Sequence record: MG752970.1
DNA length: 64,000 nucleotides
Direction: 5' to 3' (one strand)
Under the pieces are notes generated by a model that searched no databases, was not told the origin of the DNA, and was given only the letters and a program-made list of their open reading frames with translations. Positions 27,932 through 37,630 of this stretch are shown piece by piece. Position numbers and translations under genes: made by a program. Position 1 is the stretch's first letter; every line of letters starts with the position of its first letter.

Positions 27932-28702
27932 ATGAAGCTATATGAGATAAGCAAAGCACCCAATAAAGCAGCAGTTGTAGAATGGCTACAATCCTGTAGA
28001 CCCGATGATATTGTACGATCTAAAGCCGATCCACATAATCCCAGATGGAAAATAGATCCTGACAAAATCAAATACAACCCTATCACTGGTATAGTAGATG
28101 TTAAGGAAAATCTAGCACTCAGTTTTTCTCATGGTGGCCAAACTGCACCAGAACAATTGCCAATTTACGGCAAGCGTGACTATTCAAAATTAAAGACCCA
28201 TAGCTGGGAAGAGCTTGAATATGAACCGGGGTGGAATGAAGTTACTCACCAGGTTGAAATTCAAACATCGGCTCCTTGGACCGCAGATTGGAAACACGGA
28301 GAGTTTGATCCTCCTTTTATTTTTGGGCATATGGATGGTCAGCTTCATATCTCTGGAGCGGACAAATTTAACTATCCAAAATTACCCAAAACCATAAAGG
28401 ATGGAACAAGTGGATTGGTGTTCTATGAATGTAAAAATGTAGACCCAGTTGCCGCGATAGAGAGATGCAACACTGATTTTTTCATTATAGTGGAATCGAC
28501 TATTGTTCCAGGAAAATTGACAGATTTTCTATCGTATGTTAAAAGACCAGCGGGAAGATGCGGCATCGAGAGAGTTTTAAATTTCTCTAGCGAACAGAAC
28601 AATGTTCTTGAGAAATCACTGGAAGCTTTTAGGAATGGTGAAATCGATGAGTTCGATTTCCAAGATCGGCTAACAAATGTAGGTCTTGCTGAATATCTTT
28701 AA
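27932..28702 (+). CDS. paralog family member P35 (longer, solo)
   Basis: MKLYEI...PPFIFGHMDG...DEFDFQDRLTNVGLAEYL. Confidence 0.85.
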   Translation: MKLYEISKAPNKAAVVEWLQSCRPDDIVRSKADPHNPRWKIDPDKIKYNPITGIVDVKENLALSFSHGGQTAPEQLPIYGKRDYSKLKTHSWEELEYEPGWNEVTHQVEIQTSAPWTADWKHGEFDPPFIFGHMDGQLHISGADKFNYPKLPKTIKDGTSGLVFYECKNVDPVAAIERCNTDFFIIVESTIVPGKLTDFLSYVKRPAGRCGIERVLNFSSEQNNVLEKSLEAFRNGEIDEFDFQDRLTNVGLAEYL

Positions 28703-28708
28703 ACAACG

Positions 28709-28730
28709 AAAGGGCTCCTAGGAGCCCTTT
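28709..28730. terminator. palindromic bidirectional terminator
   Basis: AAAGGGCTCCTAGGAGCCCTTT between convergent genes. Confidence 0.75.
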
Positions 28731-28748
28731 ATTGTGTCTTGAAAAAGG

Positions 28749-29081
28749 TTAGTGAATGTATGTTCCAGCAGGAACTTCAGCGTTCTCGCCTGGAAGATAT
28801 GAAGCGGCTTCTTCGATTTGTTTGATCAATGCCATCTTTTGTTGGCGCTCACGATTCAATTCTTGATACGCGATAGCTGCATCCGTTTTGGACTGATGCA
28901 GCTCACCTTCGAGCTGTCGAACCATACCCTGCAGAACCTTCTGATTTGCCAGCAGCTCATCCACCTTTTGAATCAATTCCTTAGAATCAGTCAGAGACAG
29001 CTCCAGCTTTTTGGAATTGTCGTTGGAAGCTGCATGTTCTTGAATAGCTTCATACGCAAAATCGATCATCGCGATCTCCAT
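28749..29081 (-). CDS. coiled-coil hypothetical protein
   Basis: heptad-rich 110 aa; candidate TTGTTC-18-TAGAAT promoter at 29097-29126 (minus). Confidence 0.7.
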   Translation of the reverse strand: MEIAMIDFAYEAIQEHAASNDNSKKLELSLTDSKELIQKVDELLANQKVLQGMVRQLEGELHQSKTDAAIAYQELNRERQQKMALIKQIEEAASYLPGENAEVPAGTYIH

Positions 29082-29127
29082 GGTTAGCGTAGAAGCATTC
29101 TACTACACGAAACTTCCTAAGAACAAC

Positions 29128-29907
29128 TTACATGTGAACTGGTTTATTAGCAGTTGCCACCATGATTACATCTGCAGCATGTCCTGATTTGAAGATAAGT
29201 CTGTACTTTCCAGGATATGCAACTCCATCTCTACCAACTACAACAGAGTCAGCATGAGAAACATTTTCTCTGAATGCTTTCTTGCATTGCTCAATGATGA
29301 TCTTCATGATGCGTTCCTTGTCACCATTCTGACCAAACGCAGTTCCGATGATCATAGCAATCGGACCTTTAATATCTGAATCACCAATGATGCTCTTGTG
29401 TAGTGTGTAGTTCGTTTTAACCTCAATTCTGCCAGGTGCAACTTCTGATAAAGCCGAATTAGCACTTTGAATTCCGCCCTTGTACAGAACCTTTTTATCT
29501 GGGGCAGCTCCAAGCTTGTTATGTTGCTTTGCAATCGCCGCAAACGTTAGAGCTAGATTACGAAGATCAGTTTCTGGTGCTTGACCTACTGGCATTTTTC
29601 CAAATAAATGACTGTAGTCAATCGAAGTTTCCAGCTCAGATTCCGGATTTGCTGGTTGCTCAGGTTGTGCTTGTTGTTGAAACTGCGGATCAACCTGAGG
29701 AAGTTGCTGTGGCTGTTGAGCTTGTTGCTGAGCTGGCTGTTGTGCAGGAGCAGTCTGTTGAACTTGCTGTGTTTGCTGTACAGGGGCCTGCTGGACAGGT
29801 TGCTGGGGCGCTTGGACCTGGGTTTGTTGTGGGGCTGCAGCCGGCTTAGTGTATGCCTGCTTTAGTACAGATTTCCCATCTTCTTGTAGAATGTCATCGA
29901 CTTTCAT
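29128..29907 (-). CDS. Gln/Pro/Ala-rich late protein, possible internal virion protein
   Basis: MKVDDILQE N-term, QAP-rich linker, TAAATA box at 29936-29941. Confidence 0.75.
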   Translation of the reverse strand: MKVDDILQEDGKSVLKQAYTKPAAAPQQTQVQAPQQPVQQAPVQQTQQVQQTAPAQQPAQQQAQQPQQLPQVDPQFQQQAQPEQPANPESELETSIDYSHLFGKMPVGQAPETDLRNLALTFAAIAKQHNKLGAAPDKKVLYKGGIQSANSALSEVAPGRIEVKTNYTLHKSIIGDSDIKGPIAMIIGTAFGQNGDKERIMKIIIEQCKKAFRENVSHADSVVVGRDGVAYPGKYRLIFKSGHAADVIMVATANKPVHM

Positions 29908-29948
29908 GGTTTATTCCTTAAGTTTTTCCATGAATTATTTATCGAGTT

Positions 29949-30632
29949 TTACTTAATACCGATGACCATATAACGATCATACACGTTAGGAAACTCCATA
30001 GTTCCTTGAAATTCAACAGATGATAGATTTAGCTTGTCTGCCAAATTTTCCACCGATGAGCAAACATTTATGTGATCTTCAGGACCCGTGTAATTATTGC
30101 TCTGCGCAATGACAATCGAACCAGGTGCTACGGCATCCAGCCAGGAATAGTCTTTAAAATGTTCACATGATGTATTGATCACAATGTCCGATTTAGCCGT
30201 TGTTTCCATTGCATAAGGATGGAAAACATCTAGATCCAAGAACTCAAATTTATGCACATTGCATAGCGCACGATTTATGTGCTCAGCAAATCTCTTACAT
30301 CTAGCGTCTTTATCTATCACAGTGTAGTGGCTTATGTAGTTGTCTACGGCCAATTCAGCACAGATAGATGGCAATGTACCTAACCATCCACCTAAAATCG
30401 TGATGCGGTATTTCTTATCCCATCCGAAATTATCATTACCAAATATAAAATTTTCCAGTTTGTTTGCAAGCCATATCTTGCTGGCAAGTTGACCCCTACT
30501 TAAGGCGTCACGTATTTCATCAAATGCGATTTCTGGATTTGGCTGATAGAAATAGTCCATGATGTCAGTAATTCTATTGACACTTAATGAACTCCAGCAC
30601 AGCACCTCATTTACATTCGTATTTTCTATCAT
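29949..30632 (-). CDS. class I SAM-dependent methyltransferase-like protein
   Basis: ITILGGWLG glycine loop, VIDKD, DIVINTSCEH. Confidence 0.6.
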   Translation of the reverse strand: MIENTNVNEVLCWSSLSVNRITDIMDYFYQPNPEIAFDEIRDALSRGQLASKIWLANKLENFIFGNDNFGWDKKYRITILGGWLGTLPSICAELAVDNYISHYTVIDKDARCKRFAEHINRALCNVHKFEFLDLDVFHPYAMETTAKSDIVINTSCEHFKDYSWLDAVAPGSIVIAQSNNYTGPEDHINVCSSVENLADKLNLSSVEFQGTMEFPNVYDRYMVIGIK

Positions 30633-31330
30633 ACTAATACATCCGGATATTGTTTAATAAATTGCTTTTTAAGCCAATTGAAATCGTTAATCTTGACCAT
30701 TTTCTTGAGATCATTTCGGTATAGGCCCCCATATTCAGCTCCAAATTCGGCTCCTTCTAAAACATATTTGCCAAATTCTTCAGTACCTCCGATATTTCTC
30801 CAAATTGTTAATCGCTCTTCTGTTTCAGAATCAACAGACCCAGAGATAACTCGTGAGGAGAGCTTTGCACATTCTCTGAATGCAGCTCTCCATGCTCTAA
30901 ATGGATCAGAATTAAATCGGTTGATTGACGCAACTTGATCATGGAAATGATTTAATCCTTGAACCGATGTCGTATAATCCGGAAGCGTTTTATCAAGCTT
31001 TAACACCAAGCTTTTTGTCATAAGCTTTACACCACCATTTCCATACTCAAGTCCATTAACGGAGTTGCGACTTTTCCACACGTGAATCCATTTGTTATAA
31101 TGAGGAGGAATTGGGTCGTCAAAATTAAAGGTGTCAAGCACTTCGTTATCGCCATCAACCACGTAAAAGAATTCGGTATGAGCGGTATCTGCTACCGCTT
31201 CATGCGCATTTTGAATTCCCTTTACCCCTTTAACTCGCATTGCCCATGGACAAATTTCGGTTAATTTTCTGAAATTTGCATCCGCGTTTGGTTCATCATA
31301 GGAAAGTTGAATTACATCTACCAGGCTCAT
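30629..31330 (-). CDS. GT-A-like glycosyltransferase (paralog of 32735..33688)
   Basis: DVIQLSYDEP...RVKGVKGI.NAH...VVDGD (DxD), GNGGVKL, AWRAAFRE. Confidence 0.65.
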   Translation of the reverse strand: MSLVDVIQLSYDEPNADANFRKLTEICPWAMRVKGVKGIQNAHEAVADTAHTEFFYVVDGDNEVLDTFNFDDPIPPHYNKWIHVWKSRNSVNGLEYGNGGVKLMTKSLVLKLDKTLPDYTTSVQGLNHFHDQVASINRFNSDPFRAWRAAFRECAKLSSRVISGSVDSETEERLTIWRNIGGTEEFGKYVLEGAEFGAEYGGLYRNDLKKMVKINDFNWLKKQFIKQYPDVLV

Positions 31331-32760
31331 CTGAATTCTAACTCACACTGTCTAATAAAATCTGAAAGTTCTGGAAACACTTCAGCCACATTCAAACCTC
31401 TGTTCTTCTCGTATTGTTGATAATAGAGAACAAAGTTTTGACGGTTCAAAATCACATTTGAATTTTCTGTCATCATGAATTCGCAGAGCCGCTGGACCTG
31501 ATCTATCTCTTCCAAATAAAAGCGCCCGGCTTTATGATGAGAATTTGTTCTATTACGGTCAGTAACATACTTGGTCCACTCTGCCGCATATTTATGCTTG
31601 AGATCATCTGTAAGATTGTTTATGTTAAGGAACTCTGGCCATCTAACATATGCAATCATCATAGGCGTTCTATTATGTGAATCCTCTTCATTGTATGTGC
31701 ACCGTAGATTGTAGATAAAATCTAAGAAATCCATAAATGATGGGGCCGACAACAGATTCGTGGTGACCATGAAACTTAATCTAACCGCACTTGGTGTATT
31801 CTCAAGAACATATTTGCAATTTTCTTGGAATTGTCCGTAGTCCATCCCAAATCTAATAAACTCTGCTTGCTCGCCGGATGCTTCGCAACTGGTATAAATT
31901 TGGAATTCTTTTATTTTACCTTGCAGCTTATTAGCGTAATCTACAAGCTTCTGAATTAACTTCTGAGGCACGCATAAGTTGGTATTAATCGCTATCGTTA
32001 GATCATCTCTGGGGTGCTCTAGAACATACTCAAGCACCTTCCATGTATGCTTGGACAGTAGCGGCTCGCCACCCGTAATTCTGAAAGTGTCAAGAGTTGG
32101 ATACAGTTCTGGCCACCAATTCCAAAATGCCTCCACATATGGATTGTAATCATCCTTATGAATTGGAATTCGTTTCGTTTGACGTGAATAATTTAGGTCA
32201 TACATTGTATAATTGTTCATTAGTTTGTATGGACCATGATGTTCAATTTCTTCCATCCAACGAGACGAAACTTCTGGAGAACAATACGTACATTTCAGGT
32301 TGCACGTTGAATCAAATGCCACCTCCATATAAGTTGGATTGATGTTTTCACCCAACTTAGATTTTAATACCACATCCAGATTTGGCCATGCCCAATTGTC
32401 TGCCGACTTGTAAGTACGATCACTTATGAAGTCCTTTCCTAAATCCTCAATGTTCCAACAATATCCACACTCACGTGGTCTTTCACCATTTAGCATCTGC
32501 TCACGCGCTTCTATTTTAGTAGCGGTGTTATGTATTCCAGTTGGATTTAATAAATCTTCGTCTGTTATTTTATGAGGAGATGGGTGGTGACATGAATGAG
32601 TATATCCATTGTATAGTGTAATAGTAGACTGCAGCCACTTGGCTAAACACATTGAGGGAGAAACCTCATTAAGAGATTTCCCTATTTCTTTTAGACGTAT
32701 AACCCGTTTCTGATTGTAATTAACGGGATCTAGCTTACCTTCGTCCATTGATGACCTCAA
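31327..32760 (-). CDS. radical SAM protein with Cys-rich N-terminal (SPASM/twitch-like) region
   Basis: CNLKCTYC (CxxxCxxC), ITGGEPLL, INTNL; extra CHH and CGYC motifs. Confidence 0.85.
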   Translation of the reverse strand: MRSSMDEGKLDPVNYNQKRVIRLKEIGKSLNEVSPSMCLAKWLQSTITLYNGYTHSCHHPSPHKITDEDLLNPTGIHNTATKIEAREQMLNGERPRECGYCWNIEDLGKDFISDRTYKSADNWAWPNLDVVLKSKLGENINPTYMEVAFDSTCNLKCTYCSPEVSSRWMEEIEHHGPYKLMNNYTMYDLNYSRQTKRIPIHKDDYNPYVEAFWNWWPELYPTLDTFRITGGEPLLSKHTWKVLEYVLEHPRDDLTIAINTNLCVPQKLIQKLVDYANKLQGKIKEFQIYTSCEASGEQAEFIRFGMDYGQFQENCKYVLENTPSAVRLSFMVTTNLLSAPSFMDFLDFIYNLRCTYNEEDSHNRTPMMIAYVRWPEFLNINNLTDDLKHKYAAEWTKYVTDRNRTNSHHKAGRFYLEEIDQVQRLCEFMMTENSNVILNRQNFVLYYQQYEKNRGLNVAEVFPELSDFIRQCELEFR

Positions 32761-33688
32761 TTTCTGTCACTAGAGGATTCAGTGATCTAACTGGGGTATC
32801 AATAATCCTCTTAAACATTTCGCTCTGATGAGCATCAAAATATGGCACCCAAATTCCGGTTTTTAATTGGATTTCATCACCATATTCTACAATAAGGTCA
32901 TACAGATCTTCACTGTATCCATCTTTAGTCAGTTCATTAAATTTCTTTGTTTTCCAAAATTTAGTAAACCAATCATACGAACTAATATTTGCAAGGTCGA
33001 ATTCACCAGAGAGCGTCATCACCATACCCATACGCGCACCAAGAATTGACCATAATCCATTCTCAACATCGGCTCCTATCATAAGCCATGTTAGAAGGCG
33101 TTTGAAATTTTTGGCATGCAGTCGTTCTTCCAATTGTTGTGGATCTACAAGATTTCCATCATGTAGAGTCATCTTAACCCCTTCACGAAATGCCGCTCTA
33201 AATGCCTGATATGGAGAACCGTTGGTTTTGGTAGTTGAGTAAACATTATTCATTTGAACATATTTGCTATCCCAACAAAAATCTAGCTTATACTTTGACT
33301 CTTCATTCTCAACGTCCTTATGCTCGTGTGTGCGCATATTGTTGACGAAATCTTTAGTCCATAATTTTAGACCACCATTACCATAGATAAGACCATTCAC
33401 GTAATTTACTGATGCCCAACTAAATGTGCAATCAGATAAATGATCTGGGATGTCCATTTCAATATCGGTGAACTCATCATGCACGATAGTATCTCCATCG
33501 ACAGTGATGAATCTATCCGTCTGAGAAAGTTCTGCACACTTCTTATGTGCAGCGTCAAATCCCTTTACGCCATGAACGCGCTGCGCCCATGGAAATTTAG
33601 TAAGAAGATTTGCCCAATTTTTTTCGCGTTCAGGTTCATCGAAGCTGATGTAGAACACGTCGTATTCGGTAATATGTGTTTTAGCCAT
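32735..33688 (-). CDS. GT-A-like glycosyltransferase
   Basis: DVFYISFDEP...RVHGVKGFDAAH...TVDGD, GNGGLKLW, AFRAAFRE. Confidence 0.65.
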   Translation of the reverse strand: MAKTHITEYDVFYISFDEPEREKNWANLLTKFPWAQRVHGVKGFDAAHKKCAELSQTDRFITVDGDTIVHDEFTDIEMDIPDHLSDCTFSWASVNYVNGLIYGNGGLKLWTKDFVNNMRTHEHKDVENEESKYKLDFCWDSKYVQMNNVYSTTKTNGSPYQAFRAAFREGVKMTLHDGNLVDPQQLEERLHAKNFKRLLTWLMIGADVENGLWSILGARMGMVMTLSGEFDLANISSYDWFTKFWKTKKFNELTKDGYSEDLYDLIVEYGDEIQLKTGIWVPYFDAHQSEMFKRIIDTPVRSLNPLVTEIEVINGRR

Positions 33689-34235
33689 TGTCTATTTCTA
33701 AGCTGTAGCTGTCGAAAAATTTTCGAGTAAGGATTGAGAAATTGGATTTGTCAAAGTTGAAATCATCTTCAAGTGATTCATCTTGAACAAGTTTTTGTGC
33801 GTCGAGCACGTATGTATGAATTAACTTATTCGGTTCCTCATATTCTGTAACAAACACCATAAGTTGCGATGAATGCTTGTCGAGAAACGTATCCATGATA
33901 GACATGGCATAGTCCTTAACATCGGGATCCAATTTAAATGTGATCTTATTTCCAGTTATTTTAATTTCCAACTGAGCATCATCAACTTTCTTATCAACCT
34001 TTAGAAAAGTTACATTATGATTCCACTTGGTTTTTGCCTTCTTAACAATTCTATATTCACCTGGATTTGCCTGGAAAATTACGTACTCATGATCAAACAC
34101 GTGGGGTGTGTGAATGAATGTATTTCCTAATTCTTCGGTAAGTTCTATGTATGCTAGAGTGGGATCAGAAGGTTTAACAGGAGTAATACGAGAGAATGAA
34201 TTTCTTTCGGTATTTATAATGCCATAGTATCTCAT
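33681..34235 (-). CDS. hypothetical protein in glycosylation block
   Basis: 184-aa ORF overlapping both neighbours. Confidence 0.8.
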   Translation of the reverse strand: MRYYGIINTERNSFSRITPVKPSDPTLAYIELTEELGNTFIHTPHVFDHEYVIFQANPGEYRIVKKAKTKWNHNVTFLKVDKKVDDAQLEIKITGNKITFKLDPDVKDYAMSIMDTFLDKHSSQLMVFVTEYEEPNKLIHTYVLDAQKLVQDESLEDDFNFDKSNFSILTRKFFDSYSLEIDNG

Positions 34236-35080
34236 CTCTTCACCTTTCTTTCAAGCGTTTTGATGATGTCATCGGTTAGAAATGATTTGTCGTGATAGTG
34301 AACCGGATAATTTTGCTTAAAGTTACCAATGTAGAGTTCACAATCATTGTTGAAGAAAACTGGAACATGCTCAACCCATTCTTCAGGAATAACAGTCTCT
34401 TCAGAATTCCAATTCTGAAGTTCGGTTTTCATGTGCACAAATTTCGGATGAAAGATTGATTTCTTTATTGATTCTATTTCCATTACTTTTGATGCAACAC
34501 CGAAAATAACATCAGTGCTTAATTCAGCTGGACGAGTTTTGGCATTAAGAAACATCTCAGACATAAGCTTCCAGTTCTTAAACCACATCTCAATATATTT
34601 GAAGAAATTGAAAGTCCATTCCGTCTTCTTAAAATAGAAGAAAGCGGAATATGAATTGTGAAGAAGATTGTCAGTGAAAACTTTTCGATAATAATCGTTG
34701 GTTACCAATTCGTGTCTGAAGTTTACAACATCCTTACACATCACCGCATCTTGACGACTTAGCTCATCCCACCATTTAGTGATATCAACCGTGAATAACA
34801 TGTCAGCATCCAATTTTATTGTCTCATCGTATGGCGACATGTAGATGCTCTTCCATTCATTGTGCAGCTTCCAGGTTCTCCCGTCTGCATCGTCTCCCCA
34901 TGGAATTTCGATTATCTTATCAAATGCCCATGCATATTCTTCAGGAACCTTATATCCTTCCGTGATCCCAATTGAAAGTTTGTCGTATTTTGATTGAGAT
35001 GCTTTTAGACTCAGAGCCAACGCATATGCCATTCGGACATATTGATCTCCCTGCGCAAACGTAAAGAATCCTCTACTCAT
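34232..35080 (-). CDS. glycosyltransferase-like (GT8/mannosyltransferase-type DxD)
   Basis: SPYDETIKLDADMLF; C-terminal HYH; paralog of 35077..35946. Confidence 0.65.
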   Translation of the reverse strand: MSRGFFTFAQGDQYVRMAYALALSLKASQSKYDKLSIGITEGYKVPEEYAWAFDKIIEIPWGDDADGRTWKLHNEWKSIYMSPYDETIKLDADMLFTVDITKWWDELSRQDAVMCKDVVNFRHELVTNDYYRKVFTDNLLHNSYSAFFYFKKTEWTFNFFKYIEMWFKNWKLMSEMFLNAKTRPAELSTDVIFGVASKVMEIESIKKSIFHPKFVHMKTELQNWNSEETVIPEEWVEHVPVFFNNDCELYIGNFKQNYPVHYHDKSFLTDDIIKTLERKVKR

Positions 35081-35946
35081 GCGTATAGCTCCATGATTTT
35101 TTCATATTGCTGAGAAATTGAAAATTTATTCATGACATGTACATTTGTGTTTCTCAACCTTACCAAATTTGGTCCTTGATTTTGCTGAGAATAAAACATC
35201 ATCTTCACTGAATCCTTTTCAACTTCAAGCAGTGAATCCCTGTCGATTGCTGTTACTATCGTCGGAGTAGGAAGAGATTTTACTGAATTTGATTCCATAA
35301 AATTAGACAGAATATGAATAGCAATTGAAAATGCAAAATCATTTCTGTACATTGATTTCGAAAATCCGTAAATGAGCTTGTAGTACCACCAATTTTGACG
35401 GATATAATTCACTAAATCAAATAGAATTCTTGTCTGATCTGTCTTCTTAAAATAGATCAGCGTTGCCCAGTACATTCTAATACCCGTTTGATTCAATCGA
35501 AGATCACTACCGGTTAACCGGCAGAAGTCCAATGAGCACGCAGATTTATTAATCAGCAAATCCTCATTTGTACCCCAAGCACTGTTTAGAGAATCATTTT
35601 GAATCAAATAGTCTGAATCCACCACAATCGTTTCGTCAAATGGTGACAAATTGTATGCATCAAATCGGTTTAGATTGTTAAAGTTGGCGACATGCGTTAT
35701 GTCTGTTCCATCTCTATAGACACGTGAATTCTCTAATGGTTTATTTTCGGTCAGAATGATATGATCAAAAGATTTTTCAATCTGATTTCTAATATCAGGT
35801 TGCTCATTTAAACTCGCTTCATCTGTCACCAAAGCAGCAGAAATGCCACCCATGAAATGCTTTGCCATAACTGCAGAGCACGTAGCAATTTTGGTATATG
35901 CTAACTTGCCATTGTTGTGGGCGAAATACAGCAGACCTTTACTCAT
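35077..35946 (-). CDS. glycosyltransferase-like (GT8/mannosyltransferase-type DxD)
   Basis: SPFDETIVVDSDYLI, RNDFAFSIA, HVMNK. Confidence 0.65.
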   Translation of the reverse strand: MSKGLLYFAHNNGKLAYTKIATCSAVMAKHFMGGISAALVTDEASLNEQPDIRNQIEKSFDHIILTENKPLENSRVYRDGTDITHVANFNNLNRFDAYNLSPFDETIVVDSDYLIQNDSLNSAWGTNEDLLINKSACSLDFCRLTGSDLRLNQTGIRMYWATLIYFKKTDQTRILFDLVNYIRQNWWYYKLIYGFSKSMYRNDFAFSIAIHILSNFMESNSVKSLPTPTIVTAIDRDSLLEVEKDSVKMMFYSQQNQGPNLVRLRNTNVHVMNKFSISQQYEKIMELYA

Positions 35947-36310
35947 TGTCTATTAGCTTCAGTGTTTGTCTTGCTCGACGAATTTTTGAATACTCTACGA
36001 AATACGCATTCATAGAGTCATGGTATTTGGTGGTAATTGTCTTAAGAAATTCTTTTGGATCATCTATAAGAATAGGATTTTCATTTAGATCTATTAGATA
36101 GAAAGATGCCTTCTTACTTCTAACATGAAAATCCGTAAACATAATCAGTTCAGGTGTGATGTCGAAAGATCCCCCATTTATAGCAATGGTTAAATTTTCT
36201 TTCAGCTTATGATGAGCCGCATCTTTCTGATTTTTGGAATGAAATTTGAACTTGGAAAAGTCGAGGGCCGCCTGCAACTTCTCATCAACGAGAACGGTTT
36301 TGTCGGTCAT
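35939..36310 (-). CDS. hypothetical protein, first gene of glycosylation operon
   Basis: 123-aa ORF; GGAG RBS; TAAATA box 36372-36377. Confidence 0.8.
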   Translation of the reverse strand: MTDKTVLVDEKLQAALDFSKFKFHSKNQKDAAHHKLKENLTIAINGGSFDITPELIMFTDFHVRSKKASFYLIDLNENPILIDDPKEFLKTITTKYHDSMNAYFVEYSKIRRARQTLKLIDNE

Positions 36311-36383
36311 TAGATTGTAAACTCCGAAGGGAATTGGTTGCTAGACGAATGCTAGCAACCATGAACTTACTTATTTACGATAT

Positions 36384-37553
36384 TTACATCGAGCCAGCTT
36401 GCGTGGCCGTTGGATATGGAATCTCTGGATTATTCATGTAAATCGGTGCTACCTTAACCAAAGTTGCTTGAGATTTCAAAGTACCTTCAACTGATCCACC
36501 ATATGCAGATCCTGAGTTATCAGTGAATGTCACCAAGAATCTAATCTGGGTTCCACTTCCTTCAGATCTAACATCAACGGTGAATGCCATTGCCGCACTC
36601 GTCCACGAGTAGATTCTCTGATATGATGTCGTTAGATCATAGTATCCAACTGGAGAACCCGTAACTCCCGCGGAGTTAGATGTTGCGTGGCGTTGGAATA
36701 GCAATGTTCCGATGCTTGACAGTTGATTTGCCCATACTACATCATGCGAGTCAACAGGATTGGACAAAGAGAAATTGAATTTAATTTGTCCCTGTGTGTT
36801 CCAATAGGCACGTGCAGAATTAATATCCGGATACGTGAACAGTATTTCCTGGGTTATAGTACCTGTCCAGGCAGTTGTTCTTACTCGTGTAGTAGTAGAA
36901 TCTGAGAATGACTCACGAGTGCTGGTGTTTATGTTGTTGCAGTTTGTTACCACCAAGTTTGCCATTGCAGCGAGCGCGGTATATTTGTTACTTAGTGCCC
37001 ATAGACCAACGAAACCTGGATTTTCAGATTGATATAAGAAATCTAGATTTAATAGCTGAGTGTCAAACGTTGTTCCCTGATGTCCACAAATATTCTGCAG
37101 CGCGTTTGTCATGATAGCCCAATCAGATGCTACAGCATGGCGTCCAACAACTTGCGGTATAGCAACCTGGTTATAACCACGCGAATCGCTTCCATACGGA
37201 TACGGAGTCGTGTAGATGGAATTAATTATGGTAGCAAACTGATTATATTCGCTAGCATCAGCCCAATATACCTGACCTCCCAATGGAACCCATTTAGTAC
37301 CATCGTACAGATAAAGTTGCTTCGTGTTGTAATTGTAGTAAACCTGACCAGCAGTAGGATTTGCTGGTGGATTATAATCCGCAAAGTGTTCCATTAGGTG
37401 CAACAAGTTCTCTTGTAGCTGTTGACCCCAATTGAATCTACCTCTTCCGGTGATTACCAGAGTGGTAGTGGTTATGTCTTGCGAATTTGGTTGAACTTGA
37501 AATGGTGATTTTACAGCACTGTTAGTCCAGTGCATTAAATAGGTGCCTGCCAT
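36384..37553 (-). CDS. virion structural protein (tail/baseplate associated)
   Basis: GQQLQENLLHLMEHFA and GQVYYNYNTKQLYLYDGTKW motifs typical of phage tail proteins; AAGGAG RBS before MAGTYL. Confidence 0.65.
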   Translation of the reverse strand: MAGTYLMHWTNSAVKSPFQVQPNSQDITTTTLVITGRGRFNWGQQLQENLLHLMEHFADYNPPANPTAGQVYYNYNTKQLYLYDGTKWVPLGGQVYWADASEYNQFATIINSIYTTPYPYGSDSRGYNQVAIPQVVGRHAVASDWAIMTNALQNICGHQGTTFDTQLLNLDFLYQSENPGFVGLWALSNKYTALAAMANLVVTNCNNINTSTRESFSDSTTTRVRTTAWTGTITQEILFTYPDINSARAYWNTQGQIKFNFSLSNPVDSHDVVWANQLSSIGTLLFQRHATSNSAGVTGSPVGYYDLTTSYQRIYSWTSAAMAFTVDVRSEGSGTQIRFLVTFTDNSGSAYGGSVEGTLKSQATLVKVAPIYMNNPEIPYPTATQAGSM

Positions 37554-37584
37554 ATTTTCTCCTTCGCGCCGGCTCACAATAGGC

Positions 37585-37617
37585 AAAGGCTCCCTGCCGG
37601 TGAAAGTGGGAGCCTTT
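37585..37617 (-). terminator. intrinsic terminator
   Basis: AAAGGCTCCC...GGGAGCCTTT after tail tube gene. Confidence 0.6.
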
Positions 37618-37630
37618 TAGGTCTAAAATA

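Noticed and set aside
2617-28702. Diversity-generating retroelement as the source of variability
   Set aside because: No reverse transcriptase in the window and no near-identical template/variable repeat pair differing only at adenines; divergence affects whole cores. A DGR elsewhere in the genome cannot be excluded.
2617-28702. Integron cassette array or CRISPR array
   Set aside because: Genes overlap by 4 nt, leaving no room for attC sites; no integrase; the recurring junction sequence is coding, degenerate and spaced ~600 nt apart, unlike CRISPR repeats.
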